Of a stretch of DNA of 64,000 nt, positions 61,400 to 64,000 are shown in pieces. A model generated the notes under the pieces. That model was not told where the DNA came from. It was given only the letters and a program-made list of their open reading frames with translations, and searched no databases. Position 1 is the stretch's first letter; each line of letters opens with the position of its first letter. This DNA comes from Harriotta raleighana (taxonomy: Eukaryota): NCBI GenBank assembly GCA_050575255.1, contig JBNZDD010013718.1, positions 6,236,334 through 6,300,333 on the forward strand. The letters run 5' to 3'. Made by a program: the position numbers and the translations under genes.

Positions 61400-61493
61400 C
61401 TTTGTCGAGGTGTGGAATGCTTCTCTCGGTCAAGATGCTAATCCACCTGGAAAAATCCTTTTCCTTTTTCTTAGTCATAGCATCATGAAGGTC
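61400..61493 (-). CDS. ANXA2: Annexin A2-like gene, internal coding exon (94 nt)
   Basis: ttgtttttcctcag|GACCTTCAT...GACAAAG|gttaga; DLHDAMTKKKEKDFSRWISILTERSIPHLDK vs ANXA2 [31 protein letters not shown]. Confidence 0.93.
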
Positions 61494-61898
61494 CTGAGGA
61501 AAAACAAGTAGGATTTCTCTGTCAGATCAAATTTTTAGAATGATGTGATTCCTGCAGATTTACAGATGTGTTCCCAAACAAGTATAGCATTGGAGAAAGG
61601 CTTTTCTCATTGTTCCAACTCCCCTCATCTCTTTTCTTCCCTCTCCCAAAGGAAGACTCATGTTGGTGTTCAAATAAAATTTGCGGACAAATCTGATCCA
61701 AATACAAGTCAGTGAGTTGCTCAGTCTGAGATAGTGGATTACTGTACTTCAATAAATTTCGCTAATATAATTTTTTTTCTCCCATTCATTTTGTTGTTGT
61801 CGTCTGCTTTAAGAGTGCTAGCGCCAACACTGGGAGTGACACGAATACCACGATTTAAATTGTTTTCCCAGCTGAGTAACTGTAAAGAAGGCACACAC

Positions 61899-61958
61899 CT
61901 TTGCATCTCGGTCAATCTGTTCATAATCCACCACGTTGCTGGTGTCACATCGTACGCC
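61899..61958 (-). CDS. ANXA2: Annexin A2-like gene, internal coding exon (60 nt)
   Basis: actctctgcag|GGCGTACG...GATGCAAAG|gtgtgt; GVRCDTSNVVDYEQIDRDAK vs ANXA2 [20 protein letters not shown]; the 20-codon length fits ANXA2 rather than ANXA1 (19 codons). Confidence 0.92.
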
Positions 61959-62123
61959 CTGCAGAGAGTAATAGTAAGTAAAATTGCAATGTAACAAATA
62001 TAGTGGTATACTGTTGGTTGTAACACTCACTATGTACTCCAGAAAATATATCAACAAAATATATCAGTACTGCCTCACTCCATTGCAATTCTATTCCTAC
62101 AAGCCTGTCACTTTGAACTATAT

Positions 62124-62224
62124 AATAATAATAATCCTTACATTTATATAGCGCTTTCCACATCTCATCAAAGTCTCAAAGCGCTTCACAGATTACAACA
62201 ATGTCCCAGAGTAAGGACCAGAGT

Positions 62225-62259
<35 letters not shown>

Positions 62260-62728
62260 NTACGTGAGTGTGTGTGGGGGGGGGGGGCGAAGTGGTCGTG
62301 GTCAGGATCTGGAGAAGAGGGAACGGGGAAAAAGAGGTACGGTCCAGAACAGGGATGGAGGGGTCGTGGTAGGGGAAAGAGAATAGGAAAATTTACTGTA
62401 TATTTGTGGGTGAAACTAATTTGTTTTGCCCGTAAAATATACAGTCGGTTCAGTTTGTAGTATTTTCTGTGAAGCGCTTTGAGACATGTGAAGACTTGAA
62501 ATGCACTATATTAAAGGCAAGAATTATTATAATTTTTTTGAAGGAATTATTACTCCTAATCTCCGAAAAGCAATCCACCAATCAACCATCACCGAGTTCC
62601 TACTTACTGCTTGGTAAACATAGGCGTGTGGAGTAAGGAAACTTGTCCAACATTTTGCCCTGCCAGTAATTGAACCCAGGTCTCTCCCTTGCGAGGTGAG
62701 TGCTCTAACCACTGAGCTACAGGACTCC
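62124..62728 (-). mobile_element. Long-form tRNA SINE interrupted by a G-rich/L2-like segment and an opposite-strand SINE tail (annexin intron)
   Basis: Minus tail at about 62124-62192, G-rich segment at about 62200-62385, minus body at about 62391-62416, plus tail at about 62423-62531, minus core and head at about 62531-62728. Confidence 0.8.
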
Positions 62729-63739
62729 ATTTGTATAGATTTGATAACTGTACCAAACCCTAATTTTGTGCCTTTGTTAAAGCTATCTTAGAGCATCAAT
62801 CAAAATGCAAACAGCATTTGTTTACTGTGAAATATGCACTTCTTTGGGTCCGTTCCAACGAAACATTCCCTCTGAACAGTTTAGTTTCGCCTCATGAATA
62901 CCATTCAGCTCCAGTGTAGCATGCTGCTGCCTGAATGTTGGGCATGGCTGGGACCACTCAAACCATCACTCAGAAGATTATTGATTCCATTTCCACATGA
63001 CTTAACTACTGACCAAACACCTTAGTAGTCTATTAACACTTTACAGTATACTCTGTGAAATATTTTGAGACTCTCGAGGACGTGACAAGGCGCTAGATGA
63101 AATGTGAGGATTATTATTTCCATTATTTATTATTATTATAATTCACCTTGACATTCTGTAATCTCCATAAACATAAAAAATGGCAATATTTCAGTTGTTC
63201 TTATCCCTCCTCGGGGGGTTTAAAAAAAAATCCGTAATGAATTATAAACCTCTCTAAAGGAGGACTGGAATTGGCTGTTGGCTGCCATTCAATGTCATTT
63301 AATTTCAATCTAGTAATGAAAGAATTATCCAGTGTGTGCACTACTTCCCCTAAGCTTGTTCCAGGATTTAGGTAGGTTCCAGCAAACCAGTCCAATGGGT
63401 GACAATTTTTCACACACTACAAGGAATATGGATGACAGGTAATGAGCACAGTTTCATAGAACATTTACCACATAGACAGAGGCTATTTGGCCCATTGTAT
63501 ATACAGTATCTCTATGCTGGTACTAGCTCCTCCAGTAAGATAAGCACGCGCATCCCATTCTCCTGTTGTTTCCCAGGATTGTTTAATATTAGCTTTTAAC
63601 AAATGTTAAATGCATACAATTATTAGGGGTGAAATCTCACTATAAGAGGGAACTCTGCACTGTATTCATTAAAAGACAATGACACAGACTTGAATTCACA
63701 AAATCGCCAAAATATTCGAGAATGTGTTAGAAACAGTAC

Positions 63740-63819
63740 CTTTGCTGCAGCAAGCAAAAGATCACGGAAAAGACCAGAATTATCTTTCTTAATGGCGCTG
63801 TCCAGATCATTCTTGTGAG
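63740..63819 (-). CDS. ANXA2: Annexin A2-like gene, internal coding exon (80 nt; equivalent to ANXA2 exon 7); gene continues beyond window end
   Basis: Minus strand tatctgtgcag|CTCACAAG...GCAGCAAAG|gtactg; encodes HKNDLDSAIKKDNSGLFRDLLLAAAK, aligning to ANXA2 [26 protein letters not shown]; size and phase match the conserved annexin exon pattern. Confidence 0.88.
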
Positions 63820-64000
63820 CTGCACAGATAATGGGTTACAGAAAAAATTGTAGAGCGTTTAATGTGAAGACAACAAAATTTAGTAGCCCAAAATGAGGTA
63901 TCAGTGGTATTTTACACAAAGTTAGAATAAAATTCTTTCAAGCTAACTATTTGAATGGTCTACCTAAAGTTTAACATACACTTACAGTTGACTGAACATT

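Noticed and set aside
62225-62287. Long poly-G runs (also 55391-55408) as G-quadruplex elements
   Set aside because: They abut n gaps, so their lengths are unreliable sequencing drop-outs
59058-63819. Assignment to ANXA1 because of the DETKGDY motif
   Set aside because: The 60-nt exon, CIQNK, MKGKGT, WIS..TERS.PHL, YSP and LCGGDD all match ANXA2 better

Overview
Vertebrate genomic DNA, most likely from a cartilaginous fish. This is inferred from the shark/chimaera-type CR1 and L2 LINE ends, DeuSINEs and an abundant tRNA-derived SINE. The only protein-coding gene I can support is on the minus strand at the right end: the last seven coding exons (80, 60, 94, 96, 59, 123 and 63 nt, all GT-AG) of an annexin A2-like gene at 59058-63819, whose 5' exons lie beyond the window. 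The ORF track captures it only in fragments. The spliced peptide is ...[190 protein letters not shown]. Its repeat-III type II Ca2+ site appears lost while repeat IV is intact. The remaining ~58 kb is an apparent gene desert of decayed retroelements, a few MITE-like palindromes, several striking hairpins and repeat-free enhancer-like blocks. I found no convincing new multi-gene system. The best leads are the divergent annexin, two near-perfect hairpins, a chimeric SINE architecture and a Penelope hammerhead remnant. Repeat boundaries are approximate (read by eye); exon boundaries were counted base by base.
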